From Clostridiales bacterium (GTDB lineage Bacteria; Bacillota; Clostridia; Christensenellales; CAG-314), in assembly GCA_022508325.1 (NCBI GenBank), contig JAFLVL010000004.1:1-49398 (forward strand): a stretch of 49,398 nt of DNA. The letters are read 5' to 3'. Shown here piece after piece: positions 21,131-31,295 of this stretch. Below the pieces are notes generated by a model that ran no database searches, was not told the origin of the DNA, and saw nothing but the letters and a program-made list of their open reading frames with translations. The translations under genes and the position numbers were made by a program. Numbering within the stretch: the stretch's first letter is position 1; each line of letters starts with the position of its first letter.

Positions 21131-21246
21131 TTTTTTCCTACCCCATGTTGCATTTCTCAACAAAAATCGCCTAAAAACGCTGATTAATGTTATATTTATG
21201 CTATATTTGGTACAATTGCAAAAATTCCCACCCCATGTCGCGCTTT
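21131..21246. repeat. ACCCCAT-motif paired block (family A)
   Basis: Two direct ACCCCATGT cores at 21140 and 21230; the reverse complement aligns along its length with 39457-39570. Confidence 0.8.
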
Positions 21247-21281
21247 TATGGCAATTTTCTTAATTTTTTGCAAAAAGTAAT

Positions 21282-21836
21282 TTACGCCGACGTCGCGTCC
21301 AATATCGCATCTGCAATAAATTTTGCCACGCTACCAACCAGACGATCCTTGCTGGAATTGAGTGAATAGAAGTCTCCCATTCCCTTCTCTGCCACAATGC
21401 CGATTATTCCGACATCGCCCACCGACGGAAGGTTTTTGTTGGTGGCTGCGCCGGGTGCAATTCCACCATGGCAAATTTGCACCTTGCCAATCTGGTCGAT
21501 CGTTCCGACTGCCGCGTCCACCACAACTATTTTGCTGTTTGGGTGCAACGCCTTAATAAAGTTGTAGCTGTACAATAGATTCTCTGCAGTTATGTTTTGG
21601 TCTCGCAATCCGTAGACGAACGAGGCGCGCTCGAGGCTGTCGTTGAGCAACGTTCCCACGCGCGGACCCAGGCTGTCCGAGAAAACTTTTTCTGTTCCGA
21701 TACACATATAAACGGTCGGCTCATTTCCAATTTGATTTTTGATCGCGTCTGAAAGTCTCTGTTTGTCTTGCTGATTGTAAATACTTACCTCTAACATATT
21801 TTCCATTCTCCTTTTACTTTCCAAACAACTTAGCAC
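21282..21836 (-). CDS. yyaC: spore protease YyaC family
   Basis: CIGT..DSLGPRVG, VDAAVG, PGA...LPSVGD; usual location near parAB. The start may be the downstream MENML. Confidence 0.85.
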   Translation of the reverse strand: MLSCLESKRRMENMLEVSIYNQQDKQRLSDAIKNQIGNEPTVYMCIGTEKVFSDSLGPRVGTLLNDSLERASFVYGLRDQNITAENLLYSYNFIKALHPNSKIVVVDAAVGTIDQIGKVQICHGGIAPGAATNKNLPSVGDVGIIGIVAEKGMGDFYSLNSSKDRLVGSVAKFIADAILDATSA

Positions 21837-22390
21837 CTTGTGCTTGCTCGTTTAAGTAACTCGTGCTCAAAGTCGTTCGTTATATGATATAGATAAGTTT
21901 TGCCATGACGCCAATTTTTATTTAATTATTTCAACTAACTTGCCGCGCTTTTCGTTTTATTTTGTCGAATCCGCTTCACTGCTATTTACTTACTTGCAGG
22001 ATTACAAAGCGACAATATTTTTTTATGCAATTACAAGTCGGCCTTACTGATAATTACTCAACACTCTGTTGTAGTAGCTAGCTTTCTAATCTCATATTTT
22101 CATAAAACTTCTTATTATACTCGAAATCATTTCGTGCTATTATATTCATTCAGTCACCGCAACCTTTTTTCGCATATAAAATATCAAAGTTTATTTTGCA
22201 GATGCTACGCCTCACGGTGACATGCAAAGTGCGGGATTTGTAGTAAAGTTATGTCAAAATGTCAAAAATACTTTATTTTTGTAAATAATTATGATATGAT
22301 AATATATATGTGGCTAATACTGTGCCATTTTGCATAATATTAAGTAAAAGGAGGACAATAGCGAACATCGTTCACTATTAAAAAAGGACC

Positions 22391-23110
22391 ATGATAGGAA
22401 CATTTATTGATGTCGGTTTCGCCGTTATACTCATTATAACTGTGCTGGTTGGACTTGCAGAAGGTTTTTCTAGGCAATTTTCTCGTCCGCTGTGCGGTTT
22501 GATAGCTATTTTCGGCGCAATCGGTTTGACAGCCTTTCTTTACACGATAATTTCACCGCTCAGCTTTTACACTGGTTTGGAGGCAAAAGCAACCGCTTTA
22601 TTTAGCGCAGATTTCTATTCGCAACAAGCATCAGACACCGACAGCTTGGCAGCGATCTTGTCCGGCGGCTATCTAAGAATACTTGCCAGCTCATCAGAAA
22701 TGATTTGGACGAAGATGCAAGCGATGAACGTCACCACTCTTGGAGATTATTTCGGCAAACTCCTAATCAAAGTTGCCGCACAATTCCTCATTTGGCTTGT
22801 GCTATATTTGGCAATAAAATATCTGTTGTTCGGAATCAAATACCTGATGACCAAGATTTCGCGCGTTGTAGTATTCAAGTCTATTGACAAAATCTTCGGT
22901 CTCGTTTGGTCGCTCGCGATAACCTATATTATCGTAATCAGCATTGTTCTGACAGCCGGCGAGCTCGTTTTGGGTCAGTTTTTCCCCGAAATAGGCAATA
23001 TGGTTGTAGAATACATTGCGCAAACCTCTGTTGTTAAATTCCTACACAACACAAACGTTATCGGCTCGTTCTTAGCAGATATTCTCGGTTGGTCGTTATT
23101 AGCCCTGTAG
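22391..23110 (+). CDS. CvpA (colicin V production) family membrane protein
   Basis: N-terminal ID..GL..GF, DKIFG motif, several TMs; typical yyaC neighbour. Confidence 0.7.
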   Translation: MIGTFIDVGFAVILIITVLVGLAEGFSRQFSRPLCGLIAIFGAIGLTAFLYTIISPLSFYTGLEAKATALFSADFYSQQASDTDSLAAILSGGYLRILASSSEMIWTKMQAMNVTTLGDYFGKLLIKVAAQFLIWLVLYLAIKYLLFGIKYLMTKISRVVVFKSIDKIFGLVWSLAITYIIVISIVLTAGELVLGQFFPEIGNMVVEYIAQTSVVKFLHNTNVIGSFLADILGWSLLAL

Positions 23111-23123
23111 TTTTATTTAATTC

Positions 23124-23153
23124 AGCCTGCGCATAAATCTGCGCAGGCTTTTT
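23124..23153 (+). terminator. intrinsic terminator
   Basis: AGCCTGCGCA-taaatc-TGCGCAGGCT followed by a T tract. Confidence 0.85.
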
Positions 23154-23680
23154 CTTACATAAAATAATTAATAGCCCCTTTTCGCATTCTCATTCGAGCT
23201 AATTCTCTAATACACTGTAATAACTCTAATACATTAATACACTGTACAATCACTAAACCAATCGAAAAAACATACAAGTCATAAAAAGACATCCGCCTCT
23301 AAAATAGACAAACTCTGCGTCTACTTTTTAGGCAGCGCGCAATTCACGCAAGCTGCGACAGCTTCATCACAGCTCATTAATTACTTAATTAAAGCAACAC
23401 TCGCCTTTTCTGCCATCGAAGCCCGAAGTCCATACGTTTCGCCTCTCACTCCTAATTATTAACATATTTTTTCAAAAAGCCAGAACGCCGTGCTGAAATT
23501 ACGCAACAATTCTGCGTAAAGTCCTACTTTAACCCAGTTTGAGCATTTATAGCACAATTTAACAAATGTTTAACGTATGCGGCCTAACACACATGGAAAC
23601 ATATAGATATCAGACCAATAAATTGCTTTCTGCGCACTCTTATAATTATAGACTCTTTCTTTCATATCCTTTTTTTTGTT

Positions 23681-23696
23681 TGTTTCACATGAAACA
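23681..23696. promoter_or_regulatory. parS: parS centromere site
   Basis: TGTTTCACATGAAACA (1 mismatch to TGTTTCACGTGAAACA). Confidence 0.9.
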
Positions 23697-23885
23697 ACTC
23701 TCGACCGTTGCACATGTCACATAGACACTCTACAGTATTTTAAAACAATCGACCCAACGTCATCTAGCCCAGCTTACAAGTTCTGTCTACACATTCCTCT
23801 CGAAATCCACACTAAATATATATTACACAAACCGCATACAAATCCGTGTGTTCCTATTTTTTTATAGTAATTATCGCATAAATTA

Positions 23886-23901
23886 TGTTTCACGTGAAAC
23901 A
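23886..23901. promoter_or_regulatory. parS: parS centromere site
   Basis: perfect TGTTTCACGTGAAACA. Confidence 0.95.
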
Positions 23902-24199
23902 ACTCTTTAAACAAGAAAAGCACAAAACAGTTTCTCAGACAAAAACTGTCAATTTGGCAAAGCTTACCTTTCTAGAACCCGATCGCATAAGGGCCGCAAC
24001 AGCATATTGTGTTTTATTTCTTATATAAATGAATTACAGAATAGAATAAGCCACTGATAAGCAATCGCTGTCAGTCTTTCTTTGGAGCAAATATTCATCG
24101 GTTTTAATCGACAAAATCAAACTGAAGAGTGGCTTACGGACATCAAAACACCACAAATCGCCTTTAAACACTAAGCAAAAAGCGAACAGCAAAGATAAA

Positions 24200-24215
24200 T
24201 GTTTCACGTGAAACA
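24200..24215. promoter_or_regulatory. parS: parS centromere site
   Basis: perfect TGTTTCACGTGAAACA. Confidence 0.95.
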
Positions 24216-24339
24216 TATAAGGTCACGAGAAAGCTGGTACAAGCATTATGACCATAAATGGTGGGAAATTCGACAGAATCAACACGGCGTAAAATTCTCA
24301 AATAATATCAATGCAGCCAGACTTTAATTGATAATACAT

Positions 24340-24355
24340 TGTTTCACATGAAACA
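24340..24355. promoter_or_regulatory. parS: parS centromere site
   Basis: TGTTTCACATGAAACA. Confidence 0.9.
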
Positions 24356-25175
24356 ATCGTGTAAAAGAGGATGCGTCATGATTGAGACAAACACTAGAAG
24401 CACGTAAGGCAAAAAATAGTTAAATTACTTTTGTTACGAAAGGCAAACTATCTTATGAATAACGTCAAACAATGTGCCACAGAATTTCACAAATAAACCA
24501 GCAAAATACGCCGTTTAAAAGAAATTTAAGTGGTATTTCGAGCCTAAATAGACAATCATGTAGATAATTATGGTGATTTCAACGCGAAAAGCGTTGAAGA
24601 TTGTCTGTACTCAAACCACACCTCGCGCAGCTCGCATCTATATTGATTGTGGAGTCAATCGCTCAAAACTCAACACAATAGTAAGATATAAAGAAAAAAA
24701 AACGGTACATCAAATTAATCAGTAGCCTTCAGAAAGTTATTAGAAATAGTGGTAGGCAGAGATATTTGAAAACCGCACAATCCAGCAATGCAATTGGAGC
24801 CAAAGTTATCATTAACTCGCAATTAAACCAGCAAGACTCTTTGTAAAAAGTAATTTGATTCTTCGCCCCGCGGTAGTTCGTACAATCTGAAGGAAATGGA
24901 TCGAAAAAATAACCAGCCGAAAGGCTAAGTGCGGGTTATTGCAGCGAAGAAATTAGTGCTGCAACGTATTTTAGTTAATATAAAATCATTGACTTAAACA
25001 AATTATGAGCGAACGATGTTCGCTATTGAAAATCGCGGCAATAATGAATATCGCTTGTATTTAAACTTAAAAATGAGCAAATTGTCTCGCCATTACATTT
25101 TATTATCTCAGAATGTTATAAAAAATTGCCTCAATTTTTCAGAGTTAATTTGAATAATTCTGTTAGAATGGCTAT

Positions 25176-25244
25176 TTTGACCAGCTTTTATAACATAATT
25201 ATTCGTGATTGAGCGCGAATAATTATGTTATAAAATAAGTCAAA
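25176..25244. repeat. long inverted repeat (20 bp perfect arms)
   Basis: TTTTATAACATAATTATTCG (25186-25205) / CGAATAATTATGTTATAAAA (25216-25235), with outer TTTGAC/GTCAAA. Confidence 0.9.
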
Positions 25245-26611
25245 TTTTTGAGCCGGCACGCCATCGGATTTCTAGTGAGAAAGCTCTACAGTCTAAACAA
25301 GCAAATCGCGCACAAATGAAAAAGTAGAAACGCCAAGTAAAAAAATTGAAACTAGAAGTAGATATTGAGATACAACAAAATTAGTGGAATCCTTCATGCA
25401 GAAAAGACATGTAACAAAACTGCAACATAAAGAGCAGAGGGAACCCCTTATCAAATTGCACGAACTCAGAGAGTCACATTGTGGAGCACATCACAATTCG
25501 AAAAGTGAATTGTAGCGTAATTCAGTATGCGAATCACCCCATTCTAGCTAGGTAGTTTCGAGGCTGACCACTAAAAAAAATTCCGAACTACATAGAGCGC
25601 GCCCCTAATCAACATTAGTGAGATTATTCCGAAAACACCACCAATACGAGATCTGCAAATAGTAGTGAGGACACACAACCCTCACTACATGCGAAATCGC
25701 AAATATATGTTATACTAGTGTTACTCTACTCACAGTAGAATGCAAGTTTAAACGCCCGAAAGCCCACAAAAAGACAGCCTAGCATCACTATATCATCAAA
25801 AAAATATTCCGACTGACATTTCCGACGTGTTAAGCAAGAAATGAGCACAAAATAAACAGTATTTAACGTCGCGAAAGCCTTGTCATTAGAAAGAACAAAT
25901 TGCATCTTGCTGTACTTCGTTAATTTTAAAAATTCATTTATGCATGATCTATTTATAGAGACATTTAATGATATTTTAGTTAGCGCGCAGCAAATTTGAA
26001 TAAACAGGTATGGCTGCAAAAGCCTAAAAAAATATGAAACAACCGAAGCGACTTTTTCAACAACAAAGTATACGTCAGGGCTTATGATAATTTATCGATT
26101 TTGTCCCCATTGAACGCCGTAACACCAAGAGTTGTGGGGAGCGAATTAGAGTTGTCACAGTTCTAATGATATGATTTGAAACGCAAAAATTGATATTTAC
26201 TTATAACCGCTAGAAACGCGAGAGTGGAGAGGACCAATAAGCTCGATAGAGGCATATGTTGTGAAGTCAAAGGTTAGCAAGGATGTAAACTTTTTAAGGA
26301 ACAAAACAAAAAATTGCATTGTGGTTCTAATAGAATCTAGCCGGCCAAGTGCCGAAGTAAAATAGCGACTTTTGTGCTTGTTCTTTTAGATATCTATACG
26401 CTTCACTTTTCGCCGTCAGAGTTCGAATTTAAGATTGATCATTTGGACAAATATTGCTAAAAAATTAGCGGCAAAATATTCCGTGGAGCGACAATAATGG
26501 GACACTAATTTTTAAAGCGCGCATTTGTTAAATGCAGTTCTACAAACCGCAGAATTTCGATTTTTATTAATGTCAAAAACTCGTAATTATAGCGCATTTT
26601 ATTCCATTTTT

Positions 26612-26730
26612 TGACATGGGGTGAGAAAAATCGAATTATTTTTGTCTAAAGCAACCAAAATAGTCAGATTTTTACAGTTTTCCTTAATTTATTTTATCGA
26701 AATTTGCCATTTTTCTCACCCCATATCGCG
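26612..26730. repeat. ACCCCAT-motif block (family A), inverted pair
   Basis: GACATGGGGTGAGAAAAA ... TTTTTCTCACCCCATATC, cores ~100 bp apart. Confidence 0.8.
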
Positions 26731-26859
26731 AAATTGCGTATTTATAAACGAAACAAAAAAAAGAAAAACTTAAACAAACTCTTGTTTTAGATTTTGAATA
26801 TAAGAATTGACTCGCTAATTGTTAGCATAACTTGACAGATTAGACACACACAAAAAATT

Positions 26860-27798
26860 TTATTTTCCTGAGTATTTTATAAGCATTTCAACGTTACTCT
26901 GTTCTAACAATTTTCTTGATATTGACTGTATTTCTCCTATTGACAATTCGAGTAAGTTCTTGCTTGTCATCTTTGCAAATTTCGCAACTATTCTATTTGC
27001 TGCAAGCGCATGTCCATTGATATCTTTGGAAACATCTGCCTCGTATATAAACTGCTCCAATAAGTTCCTCTCGATCGAATAGATTAGCTCGACGAGCTTT
27101 GCTCTATATTCTAAATCTGTCGGACTCATTTCGGGGTATACTGCCAGGTCTTTTGCGTGCTGCGCCTCGTGCTTCAATAACGAAACAGCAAAACTCTCAG
27201 CCGAGAAATCATACGAGGACTTAATGCAATTTATAACGCCGTCACCATCCGACTAACCGCTAGCGCCAAGCGCGCCAAATGAAATATAATCATACCAACC
27301 TTTCGAGACAAAACCGTCTAATAGTTTAACTGTGTATTCCTGACTTCCGTTGGGCAATTCCACACTGTAATGTTTCAGCTCGGCACTCCGCCATATATAG
27401 GGACCATAGTATCCGCTAGTCTTGCCGCCCAAATAGTGATATGAGCGACGCTCGAATGCTTCCGCAACACAACCATTCTCAATTTCGCATAATTTCACAT
27501 TCTCATCTTCTATTTCAAAAAACCGCACAAACCCTCTTCTCATCGTTTCTGCGGCTTGGTCGGCCTGAGTTTCAAAATAAAAAACGTCTCGGTAATATTT
27601 TTGATAAATTAACAAAATCTCGTTTAAATAATCATCTACGTCAAAAGTTAAATATTTTTCATTTTCGAATAGGTCTATGTATTTTTGACACAATTCCGTT
27701 TGTCCGCACTCGCGCAGATATGCAATCGCTCGTTTTAATTGCCCCTTTATAATATATCCATAATAAATATTTTCGTTGTATTGCTTTTTGCACGCCAT
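26860..27798 (-). pseudogene. HExxH (zincin-like) protein interrupted by an in-frame TAG
   Basis: ORFs 27253-27798 and 26860-27177 share a frame; only the TAG at 27253-27255 separates ...FGALGASG*SDGDGVINC...SLLKHEAQH. GGAGG SD at the start. Confidence 0.85.
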
Positions 27799-28087
27799 AT
27801 TACACCTCCGTCCTAATTATACACGGTATTCTAGCATAGGTTACATTGAAAATTAATCCATTAGGATTATTTAAAAAGAGGCGCCGGCGATCACCTCAAC
27901 TGTTAGTTGGGCGGGAAATCGCCATTTAGTTGAGTTATTCACCACCAATTCGCCAAATCGTCGCTGTTTTTGTTGCCAAATTGAGCGTAGAATGGTATTG
28001 TACAAGAGGAGAGAAAAACACACGATACAATAGAAAGTATCAAGGCTCTTACTTTTTTGTACCAATAACAAAAAGGAGTAAAAGACA

Positions 28088-28576
28088 ATGCAAGAAACTT
28101 TTGGACAAAGATTGCAACGCCTGCGCAAAAACGCGGGATTTACGCAAGAAGAAGTAGCGACAAAACTCAATATAACAGGGCAAGCCGTATCCAAGTGGGA
28201 AAACGACGTGTCTGCGCCGGACATTTCGCTTTTAGTCGAGCTGTCGGACATTTTGAGCGTAAGCCTTGACGAATTGCTGGGTAAAGAGCGCGAGACGACG
28301 CTAGTTCCTAAAGAGCAACGCAAAAATATTGACAATATGTTTTTCCGCATCAAGGTTAATTCCAACGAAGGCGACAAAGTAAACGTAAATATTCCGTTGG
28401 CGCTTGCAAAAGTGTTTTTGGAGGCAGGAGAAGTCTCATTCCCACAGGTCAACGGTCAGGACGTTCTCAGTAAAATTGACTTTCGCAAACTGTTTGAACT
28501 GGTTGAGCAAGGCGTAGTGGGTAAGCTCGTCGATATTGAAAGTGAAGGCAATCTAGTGGAAATTTGGGTAGAGTAA
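28088..28576 (+). CDS. XRE-family HTH regulator with C-terminal DUF2089-like domain
   Basis: LRKNAGFTQEEVA...QAVSKWEND..PD; AAGGAG SD. Confidence 0.88.
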   Translation: MQETFGQRLQRLRKNAGFTQEEVATKLNITGQAVSKWENDVSAPDISLLVELSDILSVSLDELLGKERETTLVPKEQRKNIDNMFFRIKVNSNEGDKVNVNIPLALAKVFLEAGEVSFPQVNGQDVLSKIDFRKLFELVEQGVVGKLVDIESEGNLVEIWVE

Positions 28577-28578
28577 TA

Positions 28579-28890
28579 ATGAAAATTCGCATAAAAGCAG
28601 ACAGACACAATATACATTTGTGGCTACCGACAAGTCTACTAAAAAGCCGCATTTGCTACCACATTTTGCAGAATGGGGTGAGAAAAAACGCGAAAAATGC
28701 AGAAATCTCGACACGCGAACAGGAGGAAAATGTCCCCAAACTGCCAACTCAACAAAAAACAGTCTGCATATCTCGCAAACAACAGTTGGATATGTACAAA
28801 GCCCTTAGACAAGTAATAAAAACACGCGGACACTTCAATATTGTGGAAGTGGAAAGCGCAGACGGTCAAAAAGTGCTCATTCGCGTATGA
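28579..28890 (+). CDS. hypothetical protein, partner of the XRE gene
   Basis: ATG 28579 just after the XRE stop; C-terminal IVEVESADGQKVLIRV resembles the XRE C-terminus. Confidence 0.7.
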   Translation: MKIRIKADRHNIHLWLPTSLLKSRICYHILQNGVRKNAKNAEISTREQEENVPKLPTQQKTVCISRKQQLDMYKALRQVIKTRGHFNIVEVESADGQKVLIRV

Positions 28891-28901
28891 GGTATTATTA
28901 G

Positions 28902-28944
28902 AAACGACCGGTACAAAATTGAGTACCAGTCGTTTGTCTTTTTT
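28902..28944. terminator. terminator between convergent genes
   Basis: AAACGACCGGTAC...GTACCAGTCGTTT followed by a T tract. Confidence 0.65.
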
Positions 28945-28984
28945 GCAAGACGAATGTCGCAAATAGAGTTTGCAAAAAATCAAA

Positions 28985-29626
28985 TTAGAGTATGCCCTCC
29001 CACTCAGCCAAAAATTCCGTAACAAATGCTTGCATATACTCGTCACGCCGTTTGGCTATCTCTTTTGCCGTGGCAGTATTTAAAAGGTCCTTTAATAAAA
29101 ACAGTTTTTCATAGAAGTGATTGAGCGTAGTGGAAACGTGATTATGATATTGACTCTCACTCATATTCAATAGCGGTTTCACGTCGGGATCGTACATAGT
29201 TTGATTACGGTTGCCGCCGAACGCGAAGGTTCGGGCAATTCCTATCGCGCCTATTGCGTCCAGTCTGTCGGCGTCCTGTACACACTTTCCCTCAATCGTT
29301 CTCGGCGCGGTGGAGTCCGCCCCTCTGAAAGATACTTCACTGATTATTTCGCAAATCAATGCTATCTCATTTTCCGATACGCCGTGTTCGCGCAAAAAGC
29401 CAACTGCTCTGTCTTTATTGTCATGTGTTGCGGGCGACAGCTTGATATCGTCGACGTCGTGGAGTAGCGCCGCAAGTTGGACGATTAGCAAATACGCCCC
29501 TTCCTCTTCGGCGATTCTTGTTGCCATTTTGTACACGCGCAAAGTATGAAAAAAGTCATGCCCGCTGTAATCGTTTGCAAATACTTGTTTAACGTACGCG
29601 ATAGCGTCATTAATAATAGCATCCAT
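28985..29626 (-). CDS. HD-domain phosphohydrolase (YedJ/YpgQ-like)
   Basis: SGHDFFH, LLHDVDD, VQDADRLDAIGAIGIAR, HFYEKL; GGAG SD before ATG 29626. Confidence 0.9.
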   Translation of the reverse strand: MDAIINDAIAYVKQVFANDYSGHDFFHTLRVYKMATRIAEEEGAYLLIVQLAALLHDVDDIKLSPATHDNKDRAVGFLREHGVSENEIALICEIISEVSFRGADSTAPRTIEGKCVQDADRLDAIGAIGIARTFAFGGNRNQTMYDPDVKPLLNMSESQYHNHVSTTLNHFYEKLFLLKDLLNTATAKEIAKRRDEYMQAFVTEFLAEWEGIL

Positions 29627-29649
29627 AGGCTGCTCCATTAAATTGTATT

Positions 29650-30138
29650 TTATCTTGCTACAATCTCGTAGTGTATTCTTTGTCCTACATATTCGGGGCA
29701 AATCGTTTCTTCGCTCTTTTTTACAAACTGAAAGCCTGCGCTTTCATAAGTACGTTGCGCAGCAATCAAACGCTCATTTGTCCAAACAATTATCTTTCTT
29801 GCACCCTGCTCTTTTATGCGCCGAACTGCTTCTTGCATTTGTCGCTTTCCATAACCGTTACCCTTATATTTAGTTCCTATGCAATTATGCCCGACCTCTG
29901 CTAACTCAGGCAATTTCGTCGGGTTCCACGATACAAACCCTATCGGTTTTCCCTCCAAGACTGTCATAAATCCACTAAACTCGGCGATATGAGGATTATT
30001 ATAGAAGAAGTCGTCAAACTCCTGCCATTGACTTTGCCAAAATTCCTTAAATCTCGGCTCAAAAGAATAGCCATCTTTCAATAATGCCGCAAGCGTACCG
30101 CGAGGAAACTCTGTTATTTTTCTAAACTCAATATCCAT
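29650..30138 (-). CDS. GNAT family N-acetyltransferase
   Basis: YKGNGYG acetyl-CoA loop, AAQRTYESAGF. Confidence 0.9.
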   Translation of the reverse strand: MDIEFRKITEFPRGTLAALLKDGYSFEPRFKEFWQSQWQEFDDFFYNNPHIAEFSGFMTVLEGKPIGFVSWNPTKLPELAEVGHNCIGTKYKGNGYGKRQMQEAVRRIKEQGARKIIVWTNERLIAAQRTYESAGFQFVKKSEETICPEYVGQRIHYEIVAR

Positions 30139-30265
30139 TGTTGCTCCGCTAAATTACTGTTTATCGTAGAAACATTTTAGCATAACGCAAAACAATTTGC
30201 AAGTTAAGATAAAACGCCAAGGACTCTAGTAATGCAAAGCGTTCGTTTGCATTTACCACAAATCT

Positions 30266-30300
30266 AAAACAAAACCCCACCTTTTATTCAAAGATGGGGT
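30266..30300 (-). terminator. terminator of parAB
   Basis: Minus strand ACCCCATCTTT-gaata-AAAGGTGGGGT-TTTGTTTT. Confidence 0.75.
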
Positions 30301-30320
30301 AATTTTGATAATATTATGAA

Positions 30321-30359
30321 ATTAAGTAACTTTGCGCACGAACCTAATCGCCCCGCTGG
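30321..30359 (-). repeat. 3'-UTR repeat family D (after parB stop)
   Basis: 29/39 ungapped identity with 36551-36589. Confidence 0.6.
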
Positions 30360-31295
30360 CTAAGCGTCTTCGTCCTTCAAAAACTTCTCTTTCATCCAGT
30401 CTTCGACAAGGGAGCAGATACGGTCAAGGTCGTCAGCAGTGAAGTAGTCGATATATATTCTGCCTTTACGTCCGTTTCCCAGCGCAGAAACTTTGGTAGC
30501 GAAAGCGCGTTGCATGTTGGAAACGAGGCTTTTCAGTTCCTTACTCTCTTCAACAATCGGCCTTTCTTTTTTAGGCTTGGGGTTCAAAAACTCGCGTACG
30601 AGCTTCTCCATTTCGCGAACCGTCAGTTGATTGTCGCAACCCTTCAAAGCTAGTTGTAATTGGTGCACAGGTGGTACGACAACGAGAGTTCTGGCGTGTC
30701 CTGCGGACAGACGACCCTGTTCAATCAAGGAAATTACGTCGTCGGACAGCGTAAGCAGTCGTAGCGTGTTGGCTACGGCAGAGCGGCTCTTACCGATACG
30801 GTCTGCGGCAACCTCTTGCGTCATGTTAAATTCCGTCATCAGCGTCTTTATTGCGCGCGCTGCCTCAATAGGGGACAGGTCCTCGCGTTGCAGGTTCTCG
30901 ATTATGCTGATTTCCTTGATTTGTTGCGGCGTGTACTGGCGAATGATTGCAGGAATGTCGGTTTGACCTGCGATTTTGCTCGCGCGGAAACGACGTTCAC
31001 CGGCGATAATCATAAAGCGCTTGCCGATAGGGGTTACGACGATAGGTTGAATTACGCCGTGCACGCGAATACTTTCGGCTAACTCATTCAACGCTTCTTC
31101 GTCGAATTTTTTGCGCGGTTGTTCGCGGTTAGGGTCAATGTCAATGAGAGCCAGGCGTACAACATTGTCGCCGCTTGCGGTTTCTGCCGTTGCGTCTGTT
31201 GTGGGCGTGTTTTGTTGTTGCGGTTGCGTCAAATCATCAATGTCGTTCATGCCCATCAACGCCGCAAAACCTCTTCCTAATCCTTTGTTAGCCAT
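30360..31295 (-). CDS. parB: chromosome partitioning protein ParB (Spo0J)
   Basis: KGLGRG, QPRKKF, IAGERRFRA, ENLQREDL, HTH RSAVANTLRL. Confidence 0.96.
   Translation of the reverse strand: MANKGLGRGFAALMGMNDIDDLTQPQQQNTPTTDATAETASGDNVVRLALIDIDPNREQPRKKFDEEALNELAESIRVHGVIQPIVVTPIGKRFMIIAGERRFRASKIAGQTDIPAIIRQYTPQQIKEISIIENLQREDLSPIEAARAIKTLMTEFNMTQEVAADRIGKSRSAVANTLRLLTLSDDVISLIEQGRLSAGHARTLVVVPPVHQLQLALKGCDNQLTVREMEKLVREFLNPKPKKERPIVEESKELKSLVSNMQRAFATKVSALGNGRKGRIYIDYFTADDLDRICSLVEDWMKEKFLKDEDA

Noticed and set aside
22357-22379. LexA (Cheo) box
   Set aside because: Spacer is 3 bp rather than the 4 bp of GAAC-N4-GTTC; kept only as an unassigned palindrome.
24034-24216. ORF starting MFHVKH (and 23676-23867 MFVSHET)
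   Set aside because: These peptides are simply translations of the parS palindrome.
23681-24355. CRISPR array from the repeated 16-20-mers
   Set aside because: Repeats are parS palindromes with irregular 124-298 bp gaps; no cas genes.
25186-25235. chromosomal dif site
   Set aside because: No XerC arm or 11-6-11 layout, and it lies near oriC rather than the terminus.
25662-25688. GTAGTGAGG...CCTCACTAC hairpin as a GTAG-REP
   Set aside because: Single 9-bp stem with no second copy in the window; could be chance.
27253-27255. Pyrrolysine or genetic-code readthrough of TAG
   Set aside because: TAG ends several normal genes here (mnmE, dnaN, deoD, parB) and no pyl genes are visible; a nonsense mutation is simpler.
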